64,000 nt of DNA from Podarcis muralis. Lineage: Eukaryota. Below are positions 1 to 12,788 of this stretch, piece after piece (position 1 is the stretch's first letter; the number at the start of each line of letters is the position of its first letter). The DNA lies in NCBI RefSeq assembly GCF_964188315.1, contig NC_135668.1:31248001-31312000 (forward strand), written 5' to 3'. A model generated the notes under the pieces. That model was not told the DNA's origin and did no database searches. It saw only the letters and a program-made list of their open reading frames with translations. The translations under genes were made by a program, and so were the position numbers.

Positions 1-301
1 TCCATTCTGGGCAGCCTTCTAGGGGCCACATATCAGTGGTGGGTGGGGCCAGAGGCAAAAGGGGCGGAGCAACCGACACAAACATCACCCTTGTGCAGCA
101 GGCTAGATTTTGACATGCACTCATCTCCTCCATCCAGGTGAGCATGAGGCATGAACAGAGTTGAAGGGTGCATCCCATCCAGGCATATCTGAAGCTGGGC
201 CAGTGATGAGGGTGGCCTAGGGAGAGTTCTGAGCACAAATGGAGGATTGCATTCAGGCCCTGGGCATGAAGTTACCTGCACTGGCTTAAATGGATCTAGA
301 G

Positions 302-434
302 CAGGGCTTCCCAAACTTGGGTCTCCAGCTGCTTTTGGACTGCAATTCCCATCCTTGACCACTGGTCCTGCTAGCTAGGGATGATGTGAGTTGTAGTCCA
401 AAAGCAGCTTGAGACCCAAGTATGGGAAACCTTG
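302..434. mobile_element. hAT (Charlie-like) palindromic MITE in last PLK1 intron
   Basis: Near-palindromic 133 bp with TIRs CAGGGCTTCCCAAACTTGGG / CCCAAGTATGGGAAACCTTG; flanked by 8-bp ATCTAGAG / ATCCAGAT, an imperfect TSD of the nTCTAGAn type. Related copies near 2370-2490, 2950-3090, 36920-37070 and 37550-37690. Confidence 0.7.
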
Positions 435-729
435 ATCCAGATATTCCTTATATCGGGAATAGCCAGGTTTTCATGGGCTCCAACTCCCACCCACCCCCCT
501 CCTTGGCCAAGCTGATTCTAGGACCAACAGGAGTTGCCAAGGCCCAGAATAGTCATCATAGGCACCGCTGGTTTCCCAGCTTTGTCTTGTTATGTGGTTT
601 TACAAACTGCTACCTCGTATTGCATTAATGCCACCATCCTAATCCCCTGTGGCTGCCTCTCAGAGCTGAAGGAGCCCAGCTGGTGCTAATTTGCCTCTTG
701 CATGTCTCTTCTCCATCCTCTGCCCACAG

Positions 730-936
730 GACCACACCAAGGTCATCCTGTGCCCCTTGATGGCAGCCGTCACCTACATCAATGAGAAGCGGGAGTTCCG
801 CACCTACAAGCTGAGCCTGATTGAGGAGTTCGGCTGCTGCAAGGAACTGGCCAGCCGCCTCCGCTATGCCCGCACCATGGTGGAGAAGCTGATGAACTCC
901 AAGCAGGGCGTTCCCTGCCCCAAACCTTCTACCTAG
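730..936 (+). CDS. PLK1: Polo-like kinase 1, final coding exon (end of polo-box 2)
   Basis: Acceptor ctctgcccacAG|GAC; translates [58 protein letters not shown]...*, matching the vertebrate PLK1 C-terminus. TAG at 934-936. Confidence 0.97.
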   Translation, partial: DHTKVILCPLMAAVTYINEKREFRTYKLSLIEEFGCCKELASRLRYARTMVEKLMNSKQGVPCPKPST

Positions 937-1469
937 CACCTGGCTGCTGGGGTTGTGCAGCAGTGAAGGACTCTCTCGCTGTCTCTTCCAGTTCCAATAC
1001 CGTTAAGGGCTGCGGCATTCCTGCCCTCCCCTCCCAGCTGGGGTCACCTCTGCCTGGCTGTGTCCTGGCACAGGGGTCAGGCCAGGGAGTGGCTTCTAGC
1101 TGGGCGGTGCTCCTTACAGGGGGGCTAAATGCCCCCCCAGCCCAGCCTAGAAGACTCTTTATTTTTTAAAAAAACAACAACCAAGGATTTCTTTTCTCCC
1201 GATTCTACTGGAGAAAAAGCCCCCATTTCTCCCTCCTCTCAGCCCAGCCCAATGAGGCCTCTGGTGCAACTTAAGAGTTGGGGGTTTCGGTTACACCATG
1301 TGAGTTACTTGTACGTGGTCTGTCTGCTGAGCCTTCCTCTTGTGGGCACTCTCCCTCCTCTTCCTGCTGTAGTTAAACTGTCTGGCATTTTGTTCTTTGA
1401 CTCTAAGCAACCAGATTTTTAAATATTGAAACTAAAGTCTACACCAACTAAACTTTTTGTACATTACTT

Positions 1470-1475
1470 AATAAA
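1470..1475 (+). terminator. PLK1: Probable PLK1 polyadenylation signal
   Basis: AATAAA about 530 nt after the stop, in a U/A-rich 3'UTR end. Confidence 0.6.
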
Positions 1476-3258
1476 GAAGATTCTCTGGAAGCATTCAGCG
1501 GGGTCCTCCACACTGCCTTCTCCACCCTTGTAACTCTGAAAGGGGTTTTTGGCCGCTTTTGCACATCATCCTCTAATAGAGTTGCAGATCCCAAGTCCTT
1601 GGCTGCCTTTACTCCCTGATGTTTCTTGCCTGGGGCTGCAAGTCTCCTTCCCCACAGAGAACAGGTTCCTAGGGGACATATTGAAATGGCTTCTGCTCTG
1701 CTGTAAGAAACTGTGGCCCCTTCGTGCCTTCCCTGCATGGACACATTGGGAGAAGTGAGCCAGGTCCCAAAATGACAAGCCCAGAGGATTGGGGCACTAT
1801 CGAGCAACAAAGGATTGGTTCCCTTTTAGATTCAGAAGAGCCACTTCTGCAACTCCTACAGAAGAGACTCATTGGCTGCCTCTTCCCTTTTAACCTAGCT
1901 AGGACTGCCCCACAGCTGAGCTCTCCCTTTCAGGTGAAAAACGTCCACCAGCCCTTCACAGTTGTGATGCTTAGACCTCTGGTCTCCAACTCTGCAGCAT
2001 GACTAGTCTTAGCTTTGGAGGGATTCAGCAGGGGGAGGGTAGTGATTGTGCCTAAGCATCATCAGTGTTTCTTCTGCGAAATGGGTATCTTGCAGTGCGT
2101 ACAGCAATCTTAACAGTAAAAAGAATTAAAACTTGCCAACCTTTAACATAGGGTGCTGATGCCATGCCTCAGGATGTTTCACAGAGCAAGCGTTGGATGC
2201 AGACATGAGGAAGATGACCATGAATATTAATTGCAGGGGAGGAAAAGCAGGAGGGAGCCTTTGCTTTCCTACTGCCCTCCAGCTTATCTGAAGTGAAACT
2301 CACATCTGCTTCAGGCAGCAAAGCTGTAAGGTGTTGGCACCAAGGATGCACCTCCTAATTCCTGGACCAGGTATGGGGAAACCGTGGCCTTCCAGATGTT
2401 GAACTACAGCTCCCAGCAACCTCGGAAAGCATGCCCCCAAGGATCATGGGAGTTGTGGTTCAATATCACCTGCAGGGCCAAAGGTGCATCACCTGTCTAG
2501 TGCGAAGGCCAGGGCATCCTGAGCAAAGGGGCTTCAAACAGCTGTGATGTGGTTAGCCGCCTCCTGAATGCTTGAGGGGAGGCTGCAGCTGCCCAGTATT
2601 GGCAACTCATGTTGCTGCCCGAGGACACACACCCTGCCTTGAAGGTGACTGGGCTTGCAAATGGCAGCATACATTTAAAGTGATGATATTGCAGAAAGCA
2701 AAGAATCCTGGGAGCTGTAATTTGTTAAGGGTACTGGGGGTTGTTAGGAGACCCCTGCTCCTTGAGCTACAATTGACAATCCTCTGCAAACTGGGAATTG
2801 TGGGTCTATGGGGGGAGGGTCTGCTAATGTTTCGAATTTAATATGCCATTCGGGCTGAATATCCTAGAATAAAGGTCAGTCTCATGCCACACCTCCTAAC
2901 AGCAATTTTCGCAAACCTGCTGCCCTCCCAAGGTCCTTTCAGCTCAGTATTGTCTACACCAGGCACCCCCAAACTCAGCCCTCCAGATGTTTTGGGACTA
3001 CAATTCCCATCATCCCTGACCACTGGTCCTGTTAGCTAGGGTGATGGGAGTTGTCCCAAAACAGCTGGAGGGCCAGGTTTGGGGGTGCTTGGTCTGCATT
3101 GGCTCGCAGCATTGGCTCTTTCAGACACTGAGGACTGAACATGGGACCTTCCGATCTGTTCCTGAGCTGGCCTCTGTGTGGCCCCCCACCCCCAGCTCCT
3201 GACTCAGATGGCCCACCCACTTGGTTCACCACAGCACTATGAAACAACAGAGTAACAG

Positions 3259-3264
3259 TTTATT
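3259..3264 (-). terminator. Probable polyadenylation signal of the RASD-like gene
   Basis: TTTATT on + (AATAAA on -), about 770 nt downstream of the stop codon. Confidence 0.55.
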
Positions 3265-4031
3265 CTCCAAAACAGGATTACATACTGTATTATAAAAAAC
3301 AAGTCACATTCCTTCAAGTTCAGAATGGTCTTTAAAGAAACAAGTACAGGTGCAACCACTCTGTCCAGCCGGCCCAGACCCCATACTCCATCCTAATGGA
3401 TCAGCCCCACAGCCAGGAAAGCTGTTAAGGTACAGCAGTAAGTACTGTTTCCACCCTACACAAGTCAAGAACAGGCAAGTGGACAATGCCTTGGAAACAG
3501 CCAGCTGGAACTGAGTGCCAGGCAGCCAGGTTTCCTGCAGAAGTCCGGCCTCCGGAGTCTCCTGTTGGGCTCTGTCCGAGGCCTGGCTTCTGGAAGAGAG
3601 CGCCCCCACCCGGTTGCCAAGAGCGGGCTCGGCAGAGTCCATGTCCTGGAACGGGCCACCTCGATGGCCAGGAAGCTTGGCACAAAGGGGTGTCTCCTTC
3701 CCTCGAGCCGAAACTCTTGCGCTCCGAGACCCAAGTGGCAAGTGGGGGAATGTGCGCAGTCCGCCGCGGGGGCGCCAGATGCATAACAAGGGCACTTGCT
3801 TCTGTCGTCCCGTGCGGTTGGACGTGTGTCTTTTGGGACTCGATCCCCTAGCCTCAACCCACCGGGGAGAGGCGTCTCTGCATGGCTCGCTACTCCTGAG
3901 AGGCAAACGCGCTCCGTTTCTTCCTCCTGCTTCACTCGTGCTCGACGACATTCGCTTCCTCGGCCGCCCCGTCGGCTGCCTAAGAGGAAAGGGGCGCCGC
4001 AGCGGCCGCTGGGCTTCCTCCGACGCTCCGG

Positions 4032-4679
4032 CTAGCAGATGGCGCAGTTGGGGCTTTTGCTCGGGCGTCGCCGCGTGGACGCCGTCGGCTCCTTGGCCAG
4101 CGGGTCGGGGATGGAGCGGCGCCGGAGGGCCGGACTCAGGCGCCCGCTGAGCACGTCGACTTGGCCCAGCAGCTCCTGGAAGAGCCCGACCACGTTGCAG
4201 CCCTGCTTGGCTGACGCCTCGACGTGGCGAGCGCCCCACTCGCGCTGCACTGTGGCGGCGGCCAGGCGGTCGCTGTTGCCGGTGGCCGGGCCCAAGTCGG
4301 ACTTGTTGGCGACCACTACAAGGCGCACCGGGGCGCCGGGCTTGGCTTCCAGGATCTCATCGCGCAGCCGCTGCAGCTCCTCGAAGGAGCCCGGCTCGTG
4401 GGGCGAGTAGACGAGGGCGAAGACGTCGCCGTGTTGGATGCAGAGGCGGCGCATGGCCGGGAAGCTGTAGCTGCCGCTCGTGTCCAGCAGCTCCAGGCGG
4501 AGGCGCAGCGTCGGGCCCGGTGGCTCCAGGTCCAACTCCAGCACGTGCAGTTCCTCCACGGTGCGACGGTGGCGGGCCTCGAAGGCGTCGTGCAGGAAGC
4601 GGCGGATCAGCGCCGTCTTTCCCACGCCCGCTGCGCCCAAGAACACCAAGCGCACCCGGGCCTCTGGCTTCAGCGACAT
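4032..4679 (-). CDS. Intronless Ras-superfamily small GTPase, RASD/Rhes-like (resembles teleost rasd3/rasd4 group), 215 aa
   Basis: G1 GAAGVGKT, effector RRTVEE, G3 DTSG, G4 NKSD, G5 SAK, polybasic tail RRRPSK and CaaX CAIC. Lies in a CpG island; ATG context ccacgATG. Confidence 0.92.
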   Translation of the reverse strand: MSLKPEARVRLVFLGAAGVGKTALIRRFLHDAFEARHRRTVEELHVLELDLEPPGPTLRLRLELLDTSGSYSFPAMRRLCIQHGDVFALVYSPHEPGSFEELQRLRDEILEAKPGAPVRLVVVANKSDLGPATGNSDRLAAATVQREWGARHVEASAKQGCNVVGLFQELLGQVDVLSGRLSPALRRRSIPDPLAKEPTASTRRRPSKSPNCAIC

Positions 4680-4684
4680 CGTGG

Positions 4685-4790
4685 AGCTGTTTATCTCTGG
4701 TCCGTCCGCTACGACGGGGCGGCCGCTTTATCTGCTGCGGCTGCAGCCCGCGGCCAATCGAACAGCCGGAGGAGGGGCTCGGGCGGGCCG
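4685..4790 (-). promoter_or_regulatory. Core promoter of the RASD-like gene (GC box, CCAAT, GATA-type TATA substitute)
   Basis: GGGCGGG 4781-4787, CCAAT 4754-4758, GATAAA on - at 4727-4732 and 4690-4695; within a CpG island of about 3560-4960. Confidence 0.55.
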
Positions 4791-5307
4791 GTCTGCGGTG
4801 GGAGGGGCTGCCTGCTGGCCGCCCGCCAGCCCGGGCAATTGTTTGCTTCGCGGGCGCGCCCCGGAAGGCTCTGCGCTCTGGGAGCCGAGCACGCGCTAAG
4901 GGGCTTCTCAGCATTGGCGACAGGACTTCGCTGCGTGGTTTCCCCTTCCCCGCACAAAAGACTAAGCCTCTGTTCTGGTTTTTTTTTTTACAGATGGCAG
5001 CAGACTGAGGCAGTTTTTGTCACAGTAAATCACTTCCAAGCACTTAGAGGTGATGGATGATTTAAGCAAGATATAAATCCTGTTCGCAACAAATCATGGG
5101 TATTCTCTCAGCATTAGCCCCCTGCATCTGCAACAGGGGTGTGTCACTGGCCCACCTGACAAAGGTGTTGTGAAGCTTGCTTTCGTAGGCAAAGCACTTT
5201 AAACACACCAAAGAACTTATTACAGTACTAATAATACCCAAAGCTGCATACAGGCTGCACACACGCGGTGCATTTAAAGCACCCCAACTCCTGTAACTTA
5301 CCCCTTA

Positions 5308-5650
5308 GGTAAAGGTAAAGGGACCCCTGACCATTAGGTCCAGTCATGGACGACTCTGGGGTTGCGGTGCTCATCTCGATTTATTGGCCAAGGGAGCTGG
5401 CGTACAGCTTCCAGGTCATGTGGCCAGCATAACTAAGCCCTTTCTGGCAAAGCGGAACAGCTCACGGAAATGCCGTTTACCTTCCCGCCGGAGCGGTGCC
5501 TATTTATCTACTTGCACTTTGACGTGCTTTCAAACTGCTAGGTTGGCAGGATCAGGGGCCGAGCAATGGGAGCTCACCCTGTCGCGGGAATTTGAACCGC
5601 CGACCTTCTGATCAGCAAGCCCTAGGCTCTGTGGTTTAACCCACAGCGCC
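5308..5650 (-). mobile_element. Sauria SINE (full length)
   Basis: (GGTAAA)n tail, which is the reverse complement of the (ACCTTT)n Sauria/BovB-type tail; characteristic body; tRNA-like head; TSD ACCCCTTA at 5300-5307 and 5651-5658. Confidence 0.9.
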
Positions 5651-8600
5651 ACCCCTTACAAAGCTACAATTCCCAGCACCCTTAACCTACAGTTCCCAGG
5701 ATCTAGTGTGGGTGTGGTTTAAATTTAGGTGTGAGTTTCTAGTAGAGGAGGGACTTGACCCCTGGGGTGCTGTCCATAGGCATAGCCAGGATTTATGTTA
5801 GGGGGCAGGCTTCGTGTTGGGTGGAGCAGAACCTCAGTTAAGTATTTTTATTTATTTATTTGATCTGGGCCTCTTGGCTATGCACATGGTGCTCTCTGAG
5901 TGAATTTAAGCTTGGACGCCACCAGCCTCTCCCCTCTCCACCCTCAGTGCAAGGAGTGAGCCTTTGTCTAGTTTTGGCCAACACTTTCTCCTCCTATAGT
6001 GGAAGGGGAAACAGACAGACTTGGTCTTATACTGCAATGCTTTCGAAATGTATTTATTTATTAACTGTAGTGGCCAAGAAAGCCTGGGGCATGTGTGGCA
6101 TCTCAGCCTCTCAAGGCAGAAAAATTAATTCCCTGGAAAGGAAGTTATCCGCAGATGGAAAACTTTCCTTCTGCCAACAACCTTGGCTTGGAGTGCCCAG
6201 AAGGAGAACATTTGTAGAGTCCTAGGATGAGAAACTGGGTCAGGTTTACTGGGACAGGAACAGGGGGTGCTTAGAGATGCCAGTGCCAGGAGCTGCAAAG
6301 TCGTCTTAACTGAAAAGTGATGCTTTGTCAGGCTGTCCTCGGAGTCCTGCCAGAGCTACAGGGATGGTGCGTTTTGTCCTGCCATACTACCTCTGGCAAA
6401 GGAAGAATGTGTTTCACATCCCCCTCCCCGCAAAAAAACCTTTTAAAAGCTGCCCCACTCTGATGGTTTCTGGAACCATTTGCCTGTGCCCCCTCTCAAC
6501 AAAATGATGCGAATCAGCGGCCGGTGTTAGACTTGGATGGGAGGTTGTCTGCAGTCAGGTCCAACTCATTGTGTACCTCCAGGCAATAATGAAAAGAAGT
6601 GGGGACCTGCAGCCAGTGGTGCCTGGTGCCTACTAGGCAGAGCTGGTGGGGCAGCCAACAATAGCTAGTGTCAGTGATAGACAGAGCCAATTAATTCTAC
6701 TTTCCCCCACCGCTGGCCCCATCCTTAAGGAGGAGGTAGTTGACAGCCAGGGCTACCCCCTGGACTGGTTGTAAGAAGGCAGCGTAGCTTGGAGGAGTCA
6801 AAGCTGAAGTTGTGGGGCCATGCCCCATTTGCCCTAATGGACCAGCCACCACTGCCATCAGCAAAGTTGCAGTAAAAGCCCATTCTCTAAAAAGTGTGTT
6901 CCTATTCAGGCTTCCATCCAGCCTTGAACAGGAGCATTGTAGTCCTGTTTGAGGGCTCCTGGGGGTGTGGGGAGAGGGTCCCCCCCCCCCGGGAAAAATA
7001 AAACTACCTTGGCAGCTCTTTCCTCTGCTGTGATATAAAACTTTAAATGATTTGGATTAGACGGTGTGAGCCAACCCGCCAAAGCCTTCATTGCTATACA
7101 GCAGCAGAGAGGTCGCTAGGAAAAGGAAAGGGTGCAAATTCTGCTTCCCTTCTTCCTGAAATCTCTTTGTTTAGTACAGAGAAGGAAGGTCCTTAACATT
7201 ACAGTGTGCACCTGGCGCCATCCGCCCTCTAGGGTACAATGAACTCTTATGGCTCAAACAGGCCAGAACCCTGCTCAGCCATGACCACCTCCTTCACTGG
7301 AGCAGAGCAACCCTTCCTCTGGCTATTTCGGCTCTTGTTGTTCTGAAGAACAATGGTTGCTCTGATACGGCTGAATCACTTTCGCTGGGAAAGCTGTCAT
7401 TCACTTGGGCTGACCCACCCTGTTTGGGTTTGGGATTAGAAAGCCAGAGCCTTTGAAGAGGCCCTGGGAAGTCAAACAGAGAGGGAGATGCCAAGCCCTT
7501 GGCATGGGCCAGCCTGATGGCCTCCAGCTGTTTTGGATGACAGCTCACAGCATAATGGCGCTAGGATGGGGAAGGCTTGCATATACTCTGCAGGGTTGGG
7601 GTGGGGGCACAGGAAAAAGGAGCAGGCAGGGAAGTGGCTCTCATAATACTATAGAATTGTCAAGTTGGAAGAGATTCAAAGGGTTATCTGGTTGCAGGAG
7701 GTTGGAATGATTGGCAGGTGTCACATGACTGCCTTGGGGATTCAGATTTCCTAGTCTTCCCCACCTCCTCCTGCAATTCCACCTGCACCTATTGCATCTG
7801 GGAGTTCTTCCTCGGGTTACCAAATTTTCTGAGGATGATGCACGTGAAGGCAGAGGAGTTGGCTGGGGAGAAGGAACTGACCCACTTCCCCACCATTTAA
7901 TTGTGCAATAAACAGGTGTTTTGTTTCTGGAAATGACTTGACCCTGACCTGCATGATGTGCATCCCTCTGTTGCTTTGCTTGATTATTTTTATGATGTCT
8001 TTACAGCTGCTTTTTAATTGTTTTTATTGCCTTTTATAGTATTTTATTGCCTTTTATAGTATTTTGATTCTTTTTGGAATATAGGTCAGCAACAAGTCTT
8101 TTATATAGAACGTCACTCCAGAAGAAGGAGGGAAGCTTTGAGCTACAAATGCAACGTCATTGGACCCCAAGCAAATGACCCTTTTCATACCCAGCATGGA
8201 CACATCAGAAAACCTTTCTGAGGATTTGGATGCAGAGGATGTTGTGGAGCTGTGCTGAGACAGGACACTCAATAATATTTTAAACTATTTGTTATGTATT
8301 ATTGCTAGTTGGTTGTGATTTCCCACCTCAAAGTGGTTGGGAGGGTGGAGGTACAGGAGAGGAGGCTGTGTCTTAGCTATTCCAGAGGTTCCATAACTGG
8401 GGTCTGTGGCCCACTGGTGGCCCCCCCATAGGATTGCAGAATTGTAGTGCTGGGAATGACATCAAGGGTCATCAAGTCCAACCCCCTGCAAAAACCTGAA
8501 TCCAACTCTGTTTAAAACCCAGAGAGTCCTCCTCCTCCTTCATTGAGGTATCCTATGGGAACATTGCAGAACAGAATACCTGTACTTTGGCCAGCGATAC

Positions 8601-9049
8601 CTGTGCTTGGTTTATTTGTTTCCTGCTGACAGATAATGCATTGTTTTGGTTTACAAAAGGATGTTTCTTTCACTGAGCCCTCGGGAGATGAAGTGCGTTG
8701 TCCACACACAAATTTATTTGCCAAGTGGGAGGTGGCTTGATATTTTCCTGTCTGGCCTTGTGTACACATCTCATGCTGAGGGGGAGCTCCTTGCCTGGGC
8801 TTCGGTCCACGACCTCTCCCCTACTTCTGAAGGGAACAAAGGTTCTGTAACACCCACCCCACCCACCACCCCCAGATGTGGTCCATGCCTGGCAGCTGTG
8901 TGGCTCTGTCCCCTTTGCTGCGAGTGCCAAAGTCTGGCTTGATAGCTGGGACCAACCAGAGGCGCCACTGTCACTTGGGTGGCAAAGTCTCTCGGCCTGG
9001 TAGAAATCACAAACACGGGGCAGGGTTTTCTTATACTGTACCAGCATTA

Positions 9050-9830
9050 AGAAGGTAAGATGGATCTGCTGGATCATGGCCCACCTAGTCCAGCATCCTG
9101 TTCTCACAGGGCAGATGCCCCAGAGGAAAACCCACAAGCGGGATTTGAGCCCAAGAACACTGTCCATTCCTATGACCCATGGAGGGACAGCATGGCCATT
9201 GTGTCTAGTCGCCATTGATTGCCCTCTTCACGAATTTGTATTGCTCCCCTTTGAAGCCATGTGGCCATCACTGCCTCCTATGGGAGCATGTTTAATTGCA
9301 TTTCACTTTTAATTTGTATTCCGCCTTTCTCTATTACTGGACACAAGGCGGTTTACAAGCTGAAGAAACAACAAAATAGACAGCAAAGATCACACACCTA
9401 ATAACAATCTGATCCAATACAAAAAAGGTCACAGTAACTTTAAAATAAACAACTTATATCGAATAAAGCAATATTCAACAATCCATGGTTATGTGGTTTG
9501 ACTCTGCACTGTGTGAAGAAGGACTTTCTTTTATCTTCTCTGAATCTTCCAGCATTCAGCTTCCTTGGGTTTCCCCACTGAGATCTAAATGTTATGAGAA
9601 AAGGAGAAAAGTAGCTTTTCTTTAGCCACTTCCTCCATACCCGGCATAATTTTATAAACTTTGATCATGCCACTTTTTAATCCCCCTTTTCTCTAACCTA
9701 AAAAGTCCCCTGGGCGGCAACCTTTCTTCATAGGGGAGTTGCTCCACCCTCTCGGTCATTTTACTTGCCTTTTTCTGAACCGTTTCCATCTCCACAGTAA
9801 TGAGATGACCAGAAGTGTTCACATTTGCCA
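9050..9830 (-). mobile_element. CR1 LINE 3' fragment (interrupted)
   Basis: Minus-strand remnant ...RVEQLPYEERL...GLFRLEKR of the CR1 ORF2 C-terminus, plus a squamate CR1-type 3' tail near 9050-9120. Confidence 0.7.
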
Positions 9831-12788
9831 ACCAGCCCCCTCCATATGTTTTGGACAAACTCTCACCTGCTCCAGCATCCTATGGTCTTGGATACAAACC
9901 CAAAACACCCGGGAAACCCTAGCCTGCAGTAGGCTGAAGTAGACCACAAGCCATGTTGATTTATCCTAATGGTAGGGGACTTTTGTTTGCTGCTGAGAGC
10001 TACATCCCCTCAGGGAACTGTTGGGGGTCATGTAGGGGCAATGGGCAGGGTTGAATCCAGCCATGGGCAGGGCCAGAGCTACTGTGGGCTTGGAACCCCA
10101 CTTTTCTATCTCTAGGCCACCCCTTTTCACCCTGTTCCCCCCTCCCCACCTTGTCACCTTTATGAAATTAGGCTGAAAAGTACTGTTTACAACAAGTGCA
10201 AATTTGACTAATGTTGGGTCAGTCTTTTCAGGTCATCTCAGACCAGCATCTCTCCCTTGCTTCTTCACATCCTTGGGGTGCAGCTAGAACTGGACCTCAG
10301 GGCTAGAGTCCAGGGCCCCCAAATGATGACCCAGAGAATAGGAGACAAGCAGCAAACAGGCCCCATGTCAGCATCCGAGCACTTTTTGCCTTCTTACTTT
10401 TAAAAACATTTTTAGTTGTGGGCTGGCTAATCATGCAGATAGTTACAGATGCTCGTTTTGTTATTTCCACAAGCTGTTTGTGCACCTGATCCCTGCCTTC
10501 TCCTCTGAGGAAGCTACAGGACATGGGCAGGACCCTTCCTCTCTGCCCCAGTGCTGTGTCGGGCCCTGGTGAGAAGCCCTCTCTTCAAAGCAAGCCAGGT
10601 GAGTTATTGCTGTTGACAGCGGCCGCCTTTCTTCTCAACAGCTGGGATCTTGCTGGACAGGAAACCTGCCAGCTCTCTCCTGGACAAATATTTGCCTTCT
10701 CAATCCCTTTGGCACAGGTCAAGGGGAAGAGGCAAATGCCAAGATGAAGAACAGGGAGGGTAGGTGGTTGTCAAGTCCCAGAATCAGTACCACCACTGGC
10801 ACTCAGCAGGGCGCCCGGGTGATCCAAGCAGATCACAAAAGAGCTGCTGAGATAAACAGCTTGGCCAACGCAAGTGGAAGCAGAGGGAGGAGAGGCAGCA
10901 GGCTTGGCCTTTCCCCGTGGGTGGTGTTTACTTGTTCATTGGCCTGCTCCCTGCCTTCCCAGCTGGAGATTTAGGCCCAAGGGGACCTTTGAGGAGTACA
11001 CTGAGGAGACAAGCTTCCCTTGAACTTCAGCTGCCCACCCCCGCCCCACATCCTGGTTGAGCTTCTCCTGAAGTGTGCAGCCCAGACATCAGGAGACTGT
11101 TTTCGGATGCATCTGGGCCACAGCCCATTTTGTGATTTAAAAATTAACCCTGCTGGTTTAAGAGCAGAGTTAAGGCTGTCTCATGTTGGGCTCTCAGGAT
11201 GCTGGACCCTTAGGCTAAGGCCTTAGCAGGCATGCCAGCTGTTGGAAACCACAGGACAGGAGAGTGATCTTGTCCTCAAATCCTGCTTGCAGGCTTCCCA
11301 TTGGGGCATCTGTTTGGCCACTGTGAGAATAGGATGCTGGGTCCCCTTTGGCCTGATCCAGCAGGCTTTTCTGTTCTTATGCCTCATGATCCGTGGTGAT
11401 GCTGTGCAATGCCACAAGTTGTGCTTGATTGCAATGGGAGCTGTAGTCCAAAACATCTGGAGGGCAGCCGGGTTGGGGAAGGGGGTGGCACCTGGCTTTT
11501 CTGCTTCATATCTCAGGTTACCCCCATTTGCATCTTTTGTACGTATTTGGAAAATTACGGCATTGGGAAGATAAGTGTAGCTGCCAGAATGTTGGCAAGA
11601 AGATTTATAGTCAAAGGCACTCTGGGAATCTCCATCCCATATCACACAAACAAAGGAGGAGGAGATGCAGATCCAGGTGGAGAAGTCACAGTCCAGAGAA
11701 AAGGGGCCGCTGTGTCGCCAGGTCAGGTTTGATCTACAGGCTGCCAGCTCACCATGCCAGATCTTCACCTTGCATATGCTCTGTGGTCCTCACACAGGTG
11801 TCCTTCAGAAGGTATTCAATGCGAAAAGGATTCACCAAAGCTTAAGAGATTGAGAAACCACCATTATTGTGTATTTTCTTATTTTCCTACCATATTTCTA
11901 GTTTTCCTTTCACTCAAATGTCACAGGGCAGAGATACATGCAATTAGAAGCAAAGCTATACATGAATATTCAGACAGGCCCACAAAAATTCCATTCTGAG
12001 AGTTACCATCTTTCAGAATTGTCCAATGAAGCATTTATCAACAAATAAGTTATCTGGTCAGTAGGGAAGTGGGCATTCTGGCAGCCAGACAGATTTCAGG
12101 TGGTGGTGAGGCTTCCTTATTTAGAGATAAAGAAATTAATTCAGTGCTGCCCACCAGCTGGTACACACTGTAAGAAAACAGGTACAGTCGGTAAGGAGTA
12201 GGACGCGCTCTCCCTGCCAACTGTTTATGCCCTTTGGCAATGCCTTATCTCTCCCAGAGAGCAGGAGGTAGACAAAAACAACTCTGTTGATTTCCTGTCG
12301 AGTTTGGCGCTCTGCATTAAAGCCTTCGCTCATCCGTGACTCAGCCTGGAAAAGAGTCTCCAAGGAAGTCCTGGTATAGCTTGGAGGAACTAAGCAAAGC
12401 ACCTCCTAATATGGGTTCTAGAACTTCCTCGGGCCATGCTAACATTTCATGACTGATCTCTGCCTTTACTCCCTTATTAAATTGACGAGAAGGAGGGAGC
12501 ACCCTCAAGTTCCTTCCTGCAATACCATCTTTGCTTATCACAGGAACCCTGTGTCTTCCCTCTCTCTGGGCAGGTCATGTGCTCTTCTTTCTGCTGTAAC
12601 AAGCAGGTATCCCTAACCTCATTGGGTTGGGGCAATGTCCCAGCTTCTTCTGACCATTTGCCAGGAGTTCTGCACACCCAACAAGCAAAGGGACATGTTG
12701 GAAAATAGCCCCTCTACAAGTCCCCCAGGCGTCCATCTCCTGCACCACCGGCTTTGAACTCAAGGCATGGGAGGTGCCTGCCTGTCAG

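Noticed and set aside
3304-5060. Long overlapping ORFs (311 aa, 278 aa, 211 aa and others) around the GTPase
   Set aside because: Arg/Pro/Ala/Gly-rich shadow frames expected in a GC-rich CpG island; no domain motifs; several start at non-ATG codons.
7290-8280. Short ORFs and exon-like segments upstream of the GTPase
   Set aside because: Every frame hits stops within about 85 codons; no consistent splice-phase chain and no recognisable protein.
11223-12402. 181-aa and 88-aa minus-strand ORFs
   Set aside because: The first runs into CR1-tail and MITE sequence; neither has a recognisable domain or paired splice sites.
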